DNA of 64,000 nt. Origin: Octopus sinensis. Lineage: Eukaryota. Numbering within the stretch: position 1 is the stretch's first letter; each line of letters begins with the position of its first letter. Below are positions 24,651 to 37,504 of the stretch, piece by piece. Made by a program: the position numbers and the translations under genes. The notes beneath the pieces were generated by a model, which saw only the letters and a program-made list of their open reading frames with translations, was not told where the DNA came from and searched no databases. The stretch covers positions 51,708,001 through 51,772,000 of the forward strand of contig NC_043001.1 in NCBI RefSeq assembly GCF_006345805.1, in the 5' to 3' direction.

Positions 24651-26503
24651 TTAAAAGGGCATTCGCATTTGATTTAGCTACTAAAGGCACTGAAATTACT
24701 TAGTGATAACAGACCAGAGTAGCGTTGTTTAACAGAATGTTACAAGGGCTATTTAGGTGCACCATAGCTTTAAAACAAATTTAATTTAAGGTTTTAAAGA
24801 TTCCATAGTAGTACTTGAATATCTTGCAAAATATGTCATTCATAAGTTTGCTTATACAAGTGCAATTAATAAAACAAAGAGACAATAGATTTTCTGCTCC
24901 TTTTTCCCCTAAAATTTTAACTTTAAAAGATTTTTGTAACTATAAACTTTTAATGTAAAGCACATCAGTAACATTGTGCTTGAACTTCTATCATCAACAG
25001 AGTTTAAACAAAGAACCACTAAACTAGAGCTTAGTAGTAGCAGTAGTGGTGTAGTAGTTGTAGTATTAGTAATAATTATTTTCTAATATCAGTTAAAAAG
25101 ACCCACCCACTACAAAAGACCACGTAAGAAGCACTGCTGTGAGTGCTGGTGCCACTTAAAAAGCACTGGTGATGGTGTTACATAAAAAGCACTAGTGCTT
25201 GTTCCACATAAGCACTGGTGATGGTGCCATGTAAAGGACACCCAGTATATGTCTGAATACAGCCAATTTCCTCCAGAAAGAGGGATGTTTAGACAAATAA
25301 AAAGAAATCCCAATACAGGATTGATACTTCTTGATACTTATTGAAGGCTAAAAGAAAAGTTAACCTTGTCAGTATTTGAATTCAAAGCAGAGAGAGCTTG
25401 AACAAATGCTGCAAGACAATCTATCTAATGCTCTGTCAACTCTGCCAGTTGGCCACCTTTATGAAGCTTCACCACTGTACAATAATGAAATGCACTCCAC
25501 TGAAGTTTCTTAAATTTCTGAACTTGCTAAATGTATTCGTCTCAATCAATTCTTATGACCTATTCGTCCAAGCCTGTGTTTCTTCTACAAATACAACCTT
25601 ATATAAATTCAAGCTAAGCATTAACTCTTAATTTCCCAATTAAAGGAAGATATAAAATGAATCAGGGCTTTCACTTTTCTTTAAAGAGTAGTTTTAAAAA
25701 AAGGAGCAAATTAATCATGGGATAATCTAAATTTTTCGAGCATCAGTCCCTAAATAGTAGTTCCTTGCCTACTCCTGCACCAGCAGGAAGGAGTTCAAAA
25801 TTTCTTCTTTCTTGTCGTACACGTAAATTACAATGAGGATACCAAAATTGTCTATGCCACCCAGGTACTGAGAACCCTTGCTATTCCACTGGCATTGCAC
25901 CATTAACAGAAATGTTGCATCATTAACATTTTGCATAAAATTCAAACTTTGAAATGAAATGGAACTTGATCTCCTTAAAGCAACAACTCCCAAAAATTTG
26001 GCCTGTTAAGAATAGGAAAATACTGTTCAACTTACAAACTTTCTGGTGAAGTTTTAAAAGAACTTGGAGTTGCTAGGTCATACCGAAGCCATTTGGCATG
26101 TGACATCTCCATCCTTGCTATATTTTTGAGCCATGTAACTTTTATTTATTCTGTGCATATTATTTCAAATTTTGATACTTTGTAAATATAAACTTTTAAT
26201 GTAAAGCACATCAGTGGGATTTCTTTTTATTTGTCTAAACATCCCTCTTTCTGGAGGAAATTGGCTGTATTCAGACATATACATTTACAGTACTAACAAT
26301 GAGCTTTATTCTCATTTCTGACAACTGTTTTTATACATATTTTAATTGCCAAATCATATAAGCAGGCTTTTCAAACATTTTGCTTTAATGTTAGCATACT
26401 GAAGGATCAAATAACTAAAACTGGCAAAAACATGAAGCTGAGAATGAAAGAATGAATAAACACAATGAATCAAACAATGACTGAAATAATAAAACAGAAA
26501 AGA

Positions 26504-26893
26504 TAGGAGTGGCTGTGTGGTAAGTAGCTTGCTTACCAACCACATGGTTCTGGGTTCAGTCCCACTGTGCGGCACCTTGGGCAAGTGTCTTCCACTATAG
26601 CCTCGGGCCGACCAAAGCCTTGCAAGAGGATTTGGTAGACGGAAACTAAAAGAAACCTATAGTATATATGTATATGTATATATATATATGTGTGTGTTTG
26701 TGTTTGTCCTCCTCAACATCACTCTGACAACTGATGCTGGTGTGTTTACGTTTCCGTAACTTAGCGGTTTGGCAAAAGAGTCCGATAGAATAAGTACTAG
26801 ACTTACAAAGAATAAATCCTGGGGTCGATTTGCTCGACTAAAGGCGGTGCTCCAGCATGGCCACAGTCAAATGACTGAAACAAGTAAAAGAGT
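26504..26893 (+). mobile_element. SINE family A, full length
   Basis: Colinear match to 4121-4522. Confidence 0.9.
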
Positions 26894-29395
26894 AACAAAA
26901 TAAAAGAGTAAATGAACTGGATCTAAGTAAATGGAATTACAATGACTTGCACAACACTTGTCCTAAACTGACTGACAATGGTAGTTCAAGACTGATCACA
27001 AGTGGAGTGTCTCTCAGCTCATAAGAAACATATAAAATAAGTTTTATTTATATTTAATAACTTATTTTCTCCACATGACTGTATTTTCCAAATCTACACA
27101 TGTTTGCTTCATTACATTTTGTGCTACACTTGTTCACAAAATAATAACAGTGATTCAATGCACTTTGCTATATTAAGTTCATAACACATGTCACATGAAG
27201 CATCAAATTCATCACAGATCAATGACTTCAACAAGTAAAAGATAGATTGTAAGGCAATCAAACTATATAATAATATACCTTTATCTTTTATTTTTTACTT
27301 CTTTCAGTCAAGCCTGTTATTTGTTCTATCAGTCTCTTTTGCTGAAGCACTGAGTTATAGGGACATAAACAAACCAACACAAGCTGTCAAATAGTGGTAG
27401 TGGACAAACAAAGACACACACACAATGGAGTTCTTTCAGTCTCCATCTACCAAATCCATTCACAAAGCTTTGATTGACCTTAGGCTGTAGTAGAAAACAT
27501 TTGCTCAAGGTGCCATGCAGTGAAACTGAAACCAGAACTATGTGGTTGGGAAGGAAACCATTTAACACACACCCATGCCATTGTATTAATTTAATTCATT
27601 TAAATTCTGTTGTCTTCCCTGCCTTGCTTGATCAGAGTCAGCAACTAAGAAAATGGTTGCTGCTTCTTATGACCAGAGTAAAGAAAAAAGGAGTAATGGA
27701 TAAAAATAGGATATTATGATTGACTGCTGAATGTATCCTGCTTCATGCTCAAAATTTTTGAGTCGTATCATTGACTCAATTTAAGGTGCTGCACTAACTC
27801 GATGCTGATCATGCACTCTTTTAGTCTTAATACTTATTTTTGCCAACTGAGTAGACAGGACCAATATAAAATAAAGTGTCATGCCCACAGATACAACATG
27901 ATTCTCACACTGGGAATTGAACTCATAACCTTATGATTGAGATTTCAGTTGCCTAACTACTAAGCCACCTGTCTTCTCAGCATGGGTATAATTTTAATCT
28001 GTTAAAATTTCTTGGTTTACAACATCATGTATGTCAGCATCAACTTGACAACCATAACAGATTTTTATGGAGAATTATTCTTCTGGATGCCTTTGTGTGT
28101 TGTGTTTGTTGTTTAGTCCCACTTCAGTTCTGATTGAACAGACCTCTTATCAAAGGCTTTGCACCTATGCTATTCTGTTTTCTTGAATAACCATGAGTAT
28201 ATTGTCTATCCACTGTACTAAAAAGTTAACAGTCTACTGGATTTTTTTTTCTTTTTCTCTTTTCAAAACCTGGAAAAGGAGTGTTTATAAAAAGACAATT
28301 CTGTAAAAAGAAGCACTGAAATCCACTGGATAAATGTATACACTTCATTACCTAGAGCTATGAAGCATACCATGTATAGTGCATACATCCAATAGCAATT
28401 GTTAATGCTTGTTAACATACTGGTTGTGTGTGTAAAACTAATTATTTTTAAAAGCAACCAATTTTAAATGTGCAAGTTACATTACTGAAGAAATATGTTT
28501 ATACTGATAAAAAAAACTCCAGTACCCAACCTTAGAATAAAAGTATGGATATAAAAAAGAGAAGTGTAGCTTATGGTTGACTAAAATGAATCCATATTTA
28601 AACTTCAACCCTTTAGCATTCAGATTACTCTGACAAATATAATGCTTATTCATTCATGTGGTTTTGAATCAATCATGCATTATCTCATATATTTGAGAAT
28701 TTCACAATGTAACTGCTTATGCTTTAGAATGATATTGTATGGTAGGTGTGAGAGGCCTTATCTGGTCAGTATGAACACAAAACAGGTACAATATTTGGGC
28801 CAGATATGGCTGGTTTAAAAGCTGAAGGGTTTAGTCATAAGAGGTATGAAAATATTAAATATTTTACTGGTTTTCACTATATAATGCATGTGGTGGGTTA
28901 TAGTATATTTGAGTTCACATTGTACTCATGTGAATATGGAAAAAAAACATATAAAAATAATTCAGTGACCTCACTGCTGCTGTTGCCATATAAAAAGCAC
29001 CCAATACACTCTGTTAAATAGTTGGCATCAGGAATGGTATTGAGCTGTAGAAACCATGCCAAAATAAACAAGAGTTTGGAGCAGTCTTCTGATTTGCCAT
29101 TTCCTATCAAACTGTCTTAATCATAGCAGTATAAAAAACAGTAGTTGAGTGATAATGATGAATGATAATGATGACATGTATATATGTATGCCCAAATTCT
29201 TCAAATACACTGACTTAACTTTTCTTTTAGGTGCAGGCATGGCTACATGGCTAAAAGAAGCTTGCTTGCAACCATGTAGTCTTGGGGTCACTTGCACTGT
29301 GTAACACCTTGGACAATCATCTTCTTTAGTCATGGGTTGACCAAAACTTTATGAGTAGATTTAGTAAATGGAAACTGAAAAAAGCCTGTTTTTGT

Positions 29396-29433
<38 letters not shown>

Positions 29434-29446
29434 GTATGTATATATA

Positions 29447-30037
29447 TCTCTTATTATAAAAGGCAGATTTTATCTGCCTCCCTTTGGGAGTTATACAAAT
29501 CTACAATATAGGATTTCTTCAATTACAATTTACCTAGCATTTTTGAGAGTACAATGCATCGCGTCATGCCAGGTCCAGTTTTTAAAATTTAAACTCCAAT
29601 TAAGCAAAATTTACAGAAAACTCACATTCTGGTGTGTGTGTCAAATGCTTTTCTTAGTCTGGTTTACACCACACGCAAACGCACACACACAGTGGGCAAC
29701 GAATAAAATGAAAGTAAATAGCGACAGAGTGATTTGAGGAAGACTAAAGTGAAAGTATTCTGTCTATGACGCTGATAGATACATGAGTAAAATGTATGGG
29801 AAGCTAAGAGCTAAGAGTGAAAATGTTCTTGGAAGAGAGTAATTAGTAATAAAGTAAACATACACTCATACATACATACATACATACATACATACATACA
29901 TACACACACACACATACATACATACATACACACATACATACATACACACACATACATACACACACATACATACATACACACATACATACATACATACACA
30001 CATACATACATACATACATATACATACATACATACAT

Positions 30038-30074
<37 letters not shown>

Positions 30075-30684
30075 CATATATGTATGTATATATATCTCTT
30101 ATTATAAAAGGCAGATTTTATCTGCCTCCCTTTGGGAGTTATACAAATCTACAATATAGGATTTCTTCAATTACAATTTACCTAGCATTTTTGAGAGTAC
30201 AATGCATCGCGTCATGCCAGGTCCAGTTTTTAAAATTTAAACTCCAATTAAGCAAAATTTACAGAAAACTCACATTCTGGTGTGTGTGTCAAATGCTTTT
30301 CTTAGTCTGGTTTACACCACACGCAAACGCACACACACAGTGGGCAACGAATAAAATGAAAGTAAATAGCGACAGAGTGATTTGAGGAAGACTAAGTGAA
30401 AGTATTCTGTCTATGACGCTGATAGATACATGAGTAAAATGTATGGGAAGCTAAGAGCTAAGAGTGAAAATGTTCTTGGAAGAGAGTAATTAGTAATAAA
30501 GTAAACATACACTCATACATACATACATACATACATACATACATACATACACACACACATACATACATACATACACACATACATACATACACACACATAC
30601 ATACACACACACATACATACATACACACATACATACATACATACACACATACATACATACATACATATACATACATACATACAT

Positions 30685-30717
<33 letters not shown>

Positions 30718-30735
30718 CATACACACACACACAGT
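29447..30735 (+). repeat. Direct tandem duplication (period 648 bp) of a ~425-bp TC-starting element plus (CATA)/(CA) microsatellite
   Basis: 29447-29870 = 30095-30518. Starts A|TCTCTTATTATAAAAGG (Helitron-like 5' end), no CTAG end seen. Confidence 0.85.
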
Positions 30736-30889
30736 ATTGAAGCTTGAGAACAATCAGATACATTTGCAACACATCTGTTGAAAATATTATTGTTCACACA
30801 CATACATATACATATATACATACAGACAGACAGACACACACACACATGATCCAGCATGGCCACAACCTCAAGGCTGAAACATATAAAAG

Positions 30890-31270
30890 AATAACAGAAT
30901 ATAAATGTGTGCAAAGTACAAGAAATATTAATGCAGTATATGGGGATTGGACGATAAGCGTAAGGCAGTGTCAATGGTGGTTCCAGAAATCCCGAGCCAT
31001 AAACTACAGCCTAGAAGACGAGCCTCATCCTGAAAGATCTGTAGAACTCGACAAGGACATCCTGAAAACCCTGGTGGAACAAAATATCATTGTAACTGTT
31101 GAGGAACTAGCAGAGAAGCTTGGATTTGGTCATTCAACCATTCATTGACACCTGTGTGCTATCGGAAAAGTCAGCAAATTGGGTCAATGGGTTCCTCACG
31201 AACTTTCCGAGTCTAATTGCATGCAGAGAGTGAATGTATGCTTTTCTTTGCTGTCATATCTCACCACTAC
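30890..31270 (+). mobile_element. mariner transposase 5' fragment
   Basis: NINAVYGDWTISVRQCQWWFQK..SLEDEPHPERS..EELAEKLGFGHSTIH*HL..GKVSKLGQWVPHEL (WVPHEL motif), truncated at a Helitron. Confidence 0.85.
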
Positions 31271-31283
31271 TGCGCTATGTATA

Positions 31284-31917
31284 TCTATATATATAAAACT
31301 GTAGTTGTGTGAGTGTCTGTCCCCTTCGATTTAGATTCCTAACTACTCCCACATTTTGCGGTACAGTTTAACCAAATTCGGGTAGCTTATAGTCGTGATT
31401 CATATTGAGCCCGTCTGAATATTAGCGCGCGTCTACGATGAGTCTACGATTTAAAAAATAATTTAACATCATTTTTTATTCCATTTTAATGCATAATTTT
31501 TCGTGTGTCGATGGCGGCGGAGTTGGCGTCCACGCTCACACCTGCACCTGTGGGGAAGGGAGTGTAAGGAAATCAACGTCGTAATGCGTTGTCAAGGAGA
31601 CCAGTGTTCTTTTAGAACAACGACTTCATGGCTTGAAGACACCAAAACAGAAATGGCTAAGAAAGCGTCTACATGAGTCTACGATTTAAAAAAAAATTTA
31701 CCATCGTTTTTTTTCCATTTTAATGCATTTTTTCGCTATTATATAAGGGAAGTAACTCTCTAAAAATGTCTACGATGAGTCAACGATTTAAAAAAAAATT
31801 TACCATCATATTTTTCCATTTTAATGCATTTTTTGCTATTTTTTGGCTATAACTCTCTAAAAATGCTTATATAGTTATTTCCCTTACAAACCCGAGCAAC
31901 ACCGGGCGATACTGCTA

Positions 31918-31918
<1 letters not shown>
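31284..31918 (+). mobile_element. Non-autonomous Helitron with internal repeats and an extra segment
   Basis: A|TC start, CCCGAGCAACACCGGG hairpin, CTAG|T end, three to four copies of TCTACGATTTAAAAAAA..CCATTTTAATGCA. Confidence 0.85.
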
Positions 31919-31959
<41 letters not shown>

Positions 31960-32072
31960 TTATATATCTATACACACACACAGAGCTGTCTTAGCAGTAC
32001 CAAAGGCTCCAAGGCAAATCAATGTACAGGGCCCCTACGTCTATTTACTGACAGTAAACCACAAAATACATA

Positions 32073-33349
32073 CAGGGGTTGGACAAAATAATGGAAAAAC
32101 CTAATATCATAGCATCATAATATTGAAATACCTGTAAAACTGTCAGAAGCTTGTTTACTTTTTATGTTTTTTGATTTATTATTAGTGTTGCTTAATATTT
32201 TTTGCTAAAATTGCTGTTTCTTTTCAGATATCATCAGAAAAGGGTAATTAAAATTCATTAAAATGACAGATCTATTGGACTTTCAAACAGGTCAAATTGT
32301 TGGTGCTCATATGGCAGGTGCTAGCATAATGAAAACAACCGAAATGTTTGATGTATCAAGAAGTACTATCTCAAAAGTAATGACAGCCTTTGAGAAAGAG
32401 GGAAAAACCTCCTTATCGAAACAAAACTCCGGAAGAAAACCAAAACTTTTAGATGGGAACTGTCAGACTCTTACATGAATTGTTAGAAAGAATCACAAAA
32501 GTACAGCTCCCAAAATTACTGCAGAGCTTAATGACCACCTCAAGAACCCAGTTTCTACAAAAACTGTTTGCTGGGAGCTGCACAAGGCTGGATTTCATGG
32601 GAGGGCTTCAATCAGAAAACCAATACTCTCAAAAACAAATGTTGCAAAGCATTTAGAGTGGACTAAAAACCTACAGAATTGGTCCCTAGATCAGTGGAAG
32701 AATGTTATTTTCTCGGATGAGTCATCCTTTACCCTATTTCCGACCACCGGCCGAGTATACATGTGGAGACAGTCGAAAAAAGTATTTGACCCAGACTGCC
32801 TTCTTCCAACTGTTAAACATGGAGGAGGATCTGTGATGATCTGGGGTGGGAGCTATATCTTGGAAATCTGCCAGCCCAATGGTTTGCTTTCATGGCACAA
32901 TTAATAACCAAGACTATTTAAACATTTTATCTGATCAAATTCATCCTATGATTGCGGAACTATTTCTGGAGGGAAACACAGTCTTTCAGGATGATAATGC
33001 ACCAATTCACACAGCGAAAGTTGTTACTGAATGGCACAAGGAACATTCTAGTGAAGTTGAACATCTTATCTGGCCGCCACAGTCCCCAGATATCAAAATT
33101 ATTGAACATTTATGGTGCATTTTAGAAAACAAGTAAGGAGCCAATATCCTCCATGATCATCACTACAAGAACTGGAGACTGTTTTAGCTGAAGAATAGAC
33201 AAAAATTCCTTTGGAAATAATTCAAACTTTGTACGAGTCCATACCTCATAGAATTCAAGCTGTAAATACTGCCAAAGGCGGTTCTACTCTATATTAAAAT
33301 AAATTTGTTTGAAATTTTAAGGTATTTCCGTTATTTTGTCCAACCCCTG
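32073..33349 (+). mobile_element. Full-length Tc1-family transposon, inactivated (DD36E spacing)
   Basis: 30-bp TIRs CAGGGGTTGGACAAAATAATGGAAAAACCT (2 mismatches), TA TSDs. ORF pieces from 32263 with IFSDES, FQDDNAPIH, SPDIKIIEHLW, plus stops and frameshifts. Confidence 0.92.
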
Positions 33350-34047
33350 TAGATCAGAATAGAACAAACAGACCCATGAGGCTCCTAGGCAACTACCCAC
33401 TATACCTACACCTTAAACCAGCCCTGTGTGTGTGTGTGTGCATGCATGGACATCTCATGATGGTTGCAAATGATTATCACCATCATACAAGTGATGTTTT
33501 TGTGTCTTCAGTATTCCTTCAAGAAAAAAAGTACATGTTTGATTAAAACCCTAAAAGATGGCACCCTAGCATGGCCACAGTCTTATGACTGAAACAAGTA
33601 AAAAATAAAAATATCAGATGACAATCATGTTGGGTTCTAGTTTTCAGTGCACCAGTCACTCTTTCACAGCATTTCCGCTAGCAAGTTATTCTATGTGTGA
33701 AAGTAATGTTGTTGAATGCATACATTTTTTAACCTCCTTGACATCTGGTACAAAACTGAAGCTACTTTTACAAATAAGACATCCTTTTACATAAATGACT
33801 TCTGAAATTAATTAAACTAAGTTAATTAACTTTTTTTCTATATAGTTTTTATATGTTTTGTCAACAGAATGCCATTCCTTAAAATGCTTGTAGATGTTTA
33901 GTGATTTCAGCTTTGTTTATGTGTGTCATGTAAATAATACCTTAATATTTTGCAAATATAAAAATAATGTAATGCTGTAAATGTACATGTTGAACATAAA
34001 TGTTTTATTTGCAAAAGTCACTATCGTTTTGTAAAGTGTTGTCCAAC

Positions 34048-34449
34048 AGGCACAGGAGTGGCTGTGTGGTAAGTAGCTTGCTAACCAACCACATGGTTCC
34101 GGGTTCAGTCCCACTGCATGGCACCTTGGGCAAGTGTCTTCTACTATAGCCTCGGGCCGACCAAAGCCTTGTGAGTGGATTTGGTAGACGGAAACTGAAA
34201 GAAGCCCGTCGTATATATGTATATATATGCGTGTGTGTGTTTGTGTGTCGGTGTTTGTCCCCCTAGCATTGCATGACAACCGATGCTGGTGTGTTTATGT
34301 CCCCGTTACCTAGCGGTTTGGCAAAAGAGACCGATAGAATAAGTACTGGGCTTACAAAAGAATAAGTCCCGGGGTCAAGTTGCTCGATTAAAGGCGGTGC
34401 TCCAGCATGGCTGCAGTCAAATGACTGAAACAAGTAAAAGAGAGTAAAA
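34048..34449 (+). mobile_element. SINE family A, full length (young-looking)
   Basis: CpG-retaining copy, near reverse complement of 62066-62452 and 8324-8715. Confidence 0.9.
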
Positions 34450-34743
34450 TAGTAACATGTACACATTTAACCCATTAGCATCTAATCCAGCCATACCTGG
34501 TCAAATATTCTATTCATTTTATGATCAACTGGACAGATCTGGCCTCTCACACATACCCTACAATGTCATTCTAAAAATAAACAATCACATCAATGAAATC
34601 TTGAAGCTACAAGATAATGCATGATTAATTCAAAACAATGTGAATATATATAAGCAATACACTTGACAGAGTAATGTGAATGCTAAAGAGTTAATAGCAT
34701 GCTCTTTCTCACTCTCTTTCCTCTTCTCTCCCTGTCTCATATG

Positions 34744-34780
<37 letters not shown>

Positions 34781-34900
34781 GTATATATATATATATATAT
34801 ATATATATACCCATATATGCATGTATATATACATGTAGAGGTAGGTACGTACATATATGTATATATGTATATATGCATATGTTTTATTTATTTATTAATT

Positions 34901-34950
<50 letters not shown>

Positions 34951-35224
34951 GATGGTCATAACTGGAAAGCCTTTCTCTAACATATGCTCTGTCAGGGTTT
35001 ATCAGAAGTTGAACAATAAATCCACACACACACACATTGAACTACGGCTGTGTGAAGGCACAGGTGTAACTGTTACGTAAGAAATTTTGCTTTCCAACCA
35101 CATGGATCCAAGTTCAGTTCCACTTCACAGCACCTTGAACAAGTGTTTTCTTCTACAGCCCAGGGGCAACTAAGACCTGTGAGAAGCCCATTACATATAT
35201 ATCTGTTTGTGTGTATCACCATGA

Positions 35225-35410
35225 TCGGCTGCTAGTCACTAAAGCTTTTTTTTATTCTCTCTCTGTTTATTTTCTCATGTTCCTTTCTGTTGAAGAGCCT
35301 TGGTTCGAAACATAAAAGACTTTCTCACCTTCCTGAGCGTTAAACAAATACACCATTTTGTTGTTTACACACCTGTCTCCGTCTTTTGTTTTTTTTATAA
35401 ATTCCAACTA
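35225..35410 (+). mobile_element. Microsatellite-anchored short repeat containing a minimal hammerhead-like motif (35283-35318)
   Basis: CTTT-CTGTTGA-A-GAGC-cttg-GTTC-GAAA-CAT-A-AAAG, then TTCCTGAGCGT as in the 19.7-kb element. Confidence 0.55.
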
Positions 35411-35584
35411 TATATGTATATTTTTCTTTTATTCTTTTATTTGTTCCAGTCATTTGACAGTGGCCATGCTGGACCACCACCTTTAGTCAAACAAATCAAC
35501 CCCAGGACTTATTCTTTGTAACCCTAGTACTTATTCTATTGGTCTCTTGTGATGAACCACTAAGTTATATATATATATATATAT

Positions 35585-35871
35585 CACAGTGACTGACCAG
35601 GCTATCAGATGTTGCTACACATTGCTGGTCACAATGCGCTTCGCATTGTTTTAGCCTTCAAATGACGCCACCCTGCTGGCTAAGCGAGGAGGCCAACAGA
35701 AGAAAGAGAGAGAGAAAGTTGTGGTGAAAGTGTACAGCAGGGATCGCCACCACCCCTGCTGGAGCGTCATGGAGCTTTAGGTGTTTTCGCTCAATAAACA
35801 CTCACAATGCCCGGTCTGGGAATCAAAACCGCGAGTCCGCCGCCCTAACCACTAGGCCATTGCGTCTCCAC
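35585..35871 (-). mobile_element. tRNA-derived SINE family E
   Basis: Head GGAGACGCAATGGCCTAGTGGTTAGGG and body GTGTTTATTGAGCGAAAACACCTAAAGCTCCA shared with 61066-61345. Confidence 0.8.
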
Positions 35872-35881
35872 ACACACACAC

Positions 35882-35913
<32 letters not shown>

Positions 35914-36430
35914 ATATAAAATACTCATTAAGTAGAGGATATCATCAACAAGTGAAAAACACACGAGAGATAAGTACAGGACAAAATACCAAAACAAGAT
36001 AACTCGCTTGTCAGTTGTCGACTGTTTCACTACTCCCTATTTCATGCTTTTAACAACAATATAGGAAAACTTCATGAGACAGCAGCATCCAGAAATTTTA
36101 AAAATATAAAATTTGTGGAGAGTTAGGGCCTCGAATGAACAAACAACAGAATGGACATAGAAAGTAAATAATCGACAAAGACAATCATTAAGGGCCGTTG
36201 GGTCAAGATGAATTTTAATGGGTAACGCCTTGGGAGAAATTTTCAATGGAAATAGAATAAGTAGAAAAAAAAAGAAAATAGTTGGAATAAAAAATGTCAG
36301 TAGACAAGAGAAATGATGTCCAGGCTGGTAGATTGCATCATATATATATATATTGCATACATACTTATGAATAAAATCCATTAATAATCTTTGTCAGTAG
36401 CCAGCATGTAAAAACACCATACAGGTAAAA

Positions 36431-36464
<34 letters not shown>

Positions 36465-36856
36465 TATGTATATATATGCATGTATGTTTGTATATATATG
36501 TGTGTGTGTGTGTGTATGCATGAATGTGTTTGTGCACGTGTGTGTGTTTCCTTCACCACCGCTTGACAACTGGTGCTGGTTAGATTGCTTACATAACTTA
36601 GTGGTATGACAATTAGACGGGTAGAATATATACCAGGCATAAAAAAGAAAAAAAAAACGAAGCACAGAGGTCAATTTGTCCAAATAAAACTCTTTAAGAA
36701 GTTGTCCCAGCATAGACACAGTCCAATGACTGAAGTATGATAAAAGATTGAAGATAAAAGATATCTACCAAGTAAATTAAATTTTGAATGAAATCAACAT
36801 TTTTTTTTCTTGACAATTGCTCTTAGTTTAAGAAATCAATTTACATTTACAGAAAT

Positions 36857-36888
<32 letters not shown>

Positions 36889-37504
36889 ATTATTGCCCTT
36901 CACAACAAATTTGTTATTTGACAATTGACAAATACCAATGACAGTTGAATTTCTAAGGTCATATTTTCATTTATACTGAGGCAGCATGTGGCATTTTGCA
37001 GTCAGGCAGAACAAACACTAAACATACATACATACACACAATACAGCTATTATAATTACTCATGAAGCTATTATATCTATTTACTTACTTACACACACAC
37101 AAAAAGAACAAGCAATGATGCGCGCACGTGCGCGCGCGTGTGTGTGTGTGTAAGGATAAGTTAGTGAGAGAGAAAAAAAGTGAGTGTATATGGTGAGGTT
37201 TTTCTGCATATTAAATATAGACAAAATGAAATACAAACATAATTTCAATAGTTACATAAAACTACACACTCATATGTAATATGTATGCTTGCGTGTTTGT
37301 TAGTGAGTGTATACACAAACACATACACAAACACATATACATGTGTGCATATATAAACATTAATATAGATACTCATATATGTGTGTATATACATAAATAC
37401 ATATAAATTCACAATCCCAAGACTGACAAAGTATCCAGTACAATTGATTGTATTGTAATGTCTGTGTGTGTGTGTGTGTGTGTGTGCACGCATTTGCGTG
37501 TATC

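Noticed and set aside
25769-25993. 74-aa minus-strand ORF as an exon or hAT C-terminal relic
   Set aside because: Only a faint resemblance (FMQNVNDA) and the flanking donor-acceptor distance is 33 nt, so neither call is supportable
29811-30974. ORFs rich in MYV/CV/YI/TH repeats (also 2968-3195, 7439-7799, 34630-35080, 45702-45988)
   Set aside because: Translations of (TA)n, (CA)n and (CATA)n microsatellites, not genes
36037-36381. 114-aa minus-strand ORF
   Set aside because: Low-complexity start, no domain, and it abuts microsatellite-anchored repeat-like sequence
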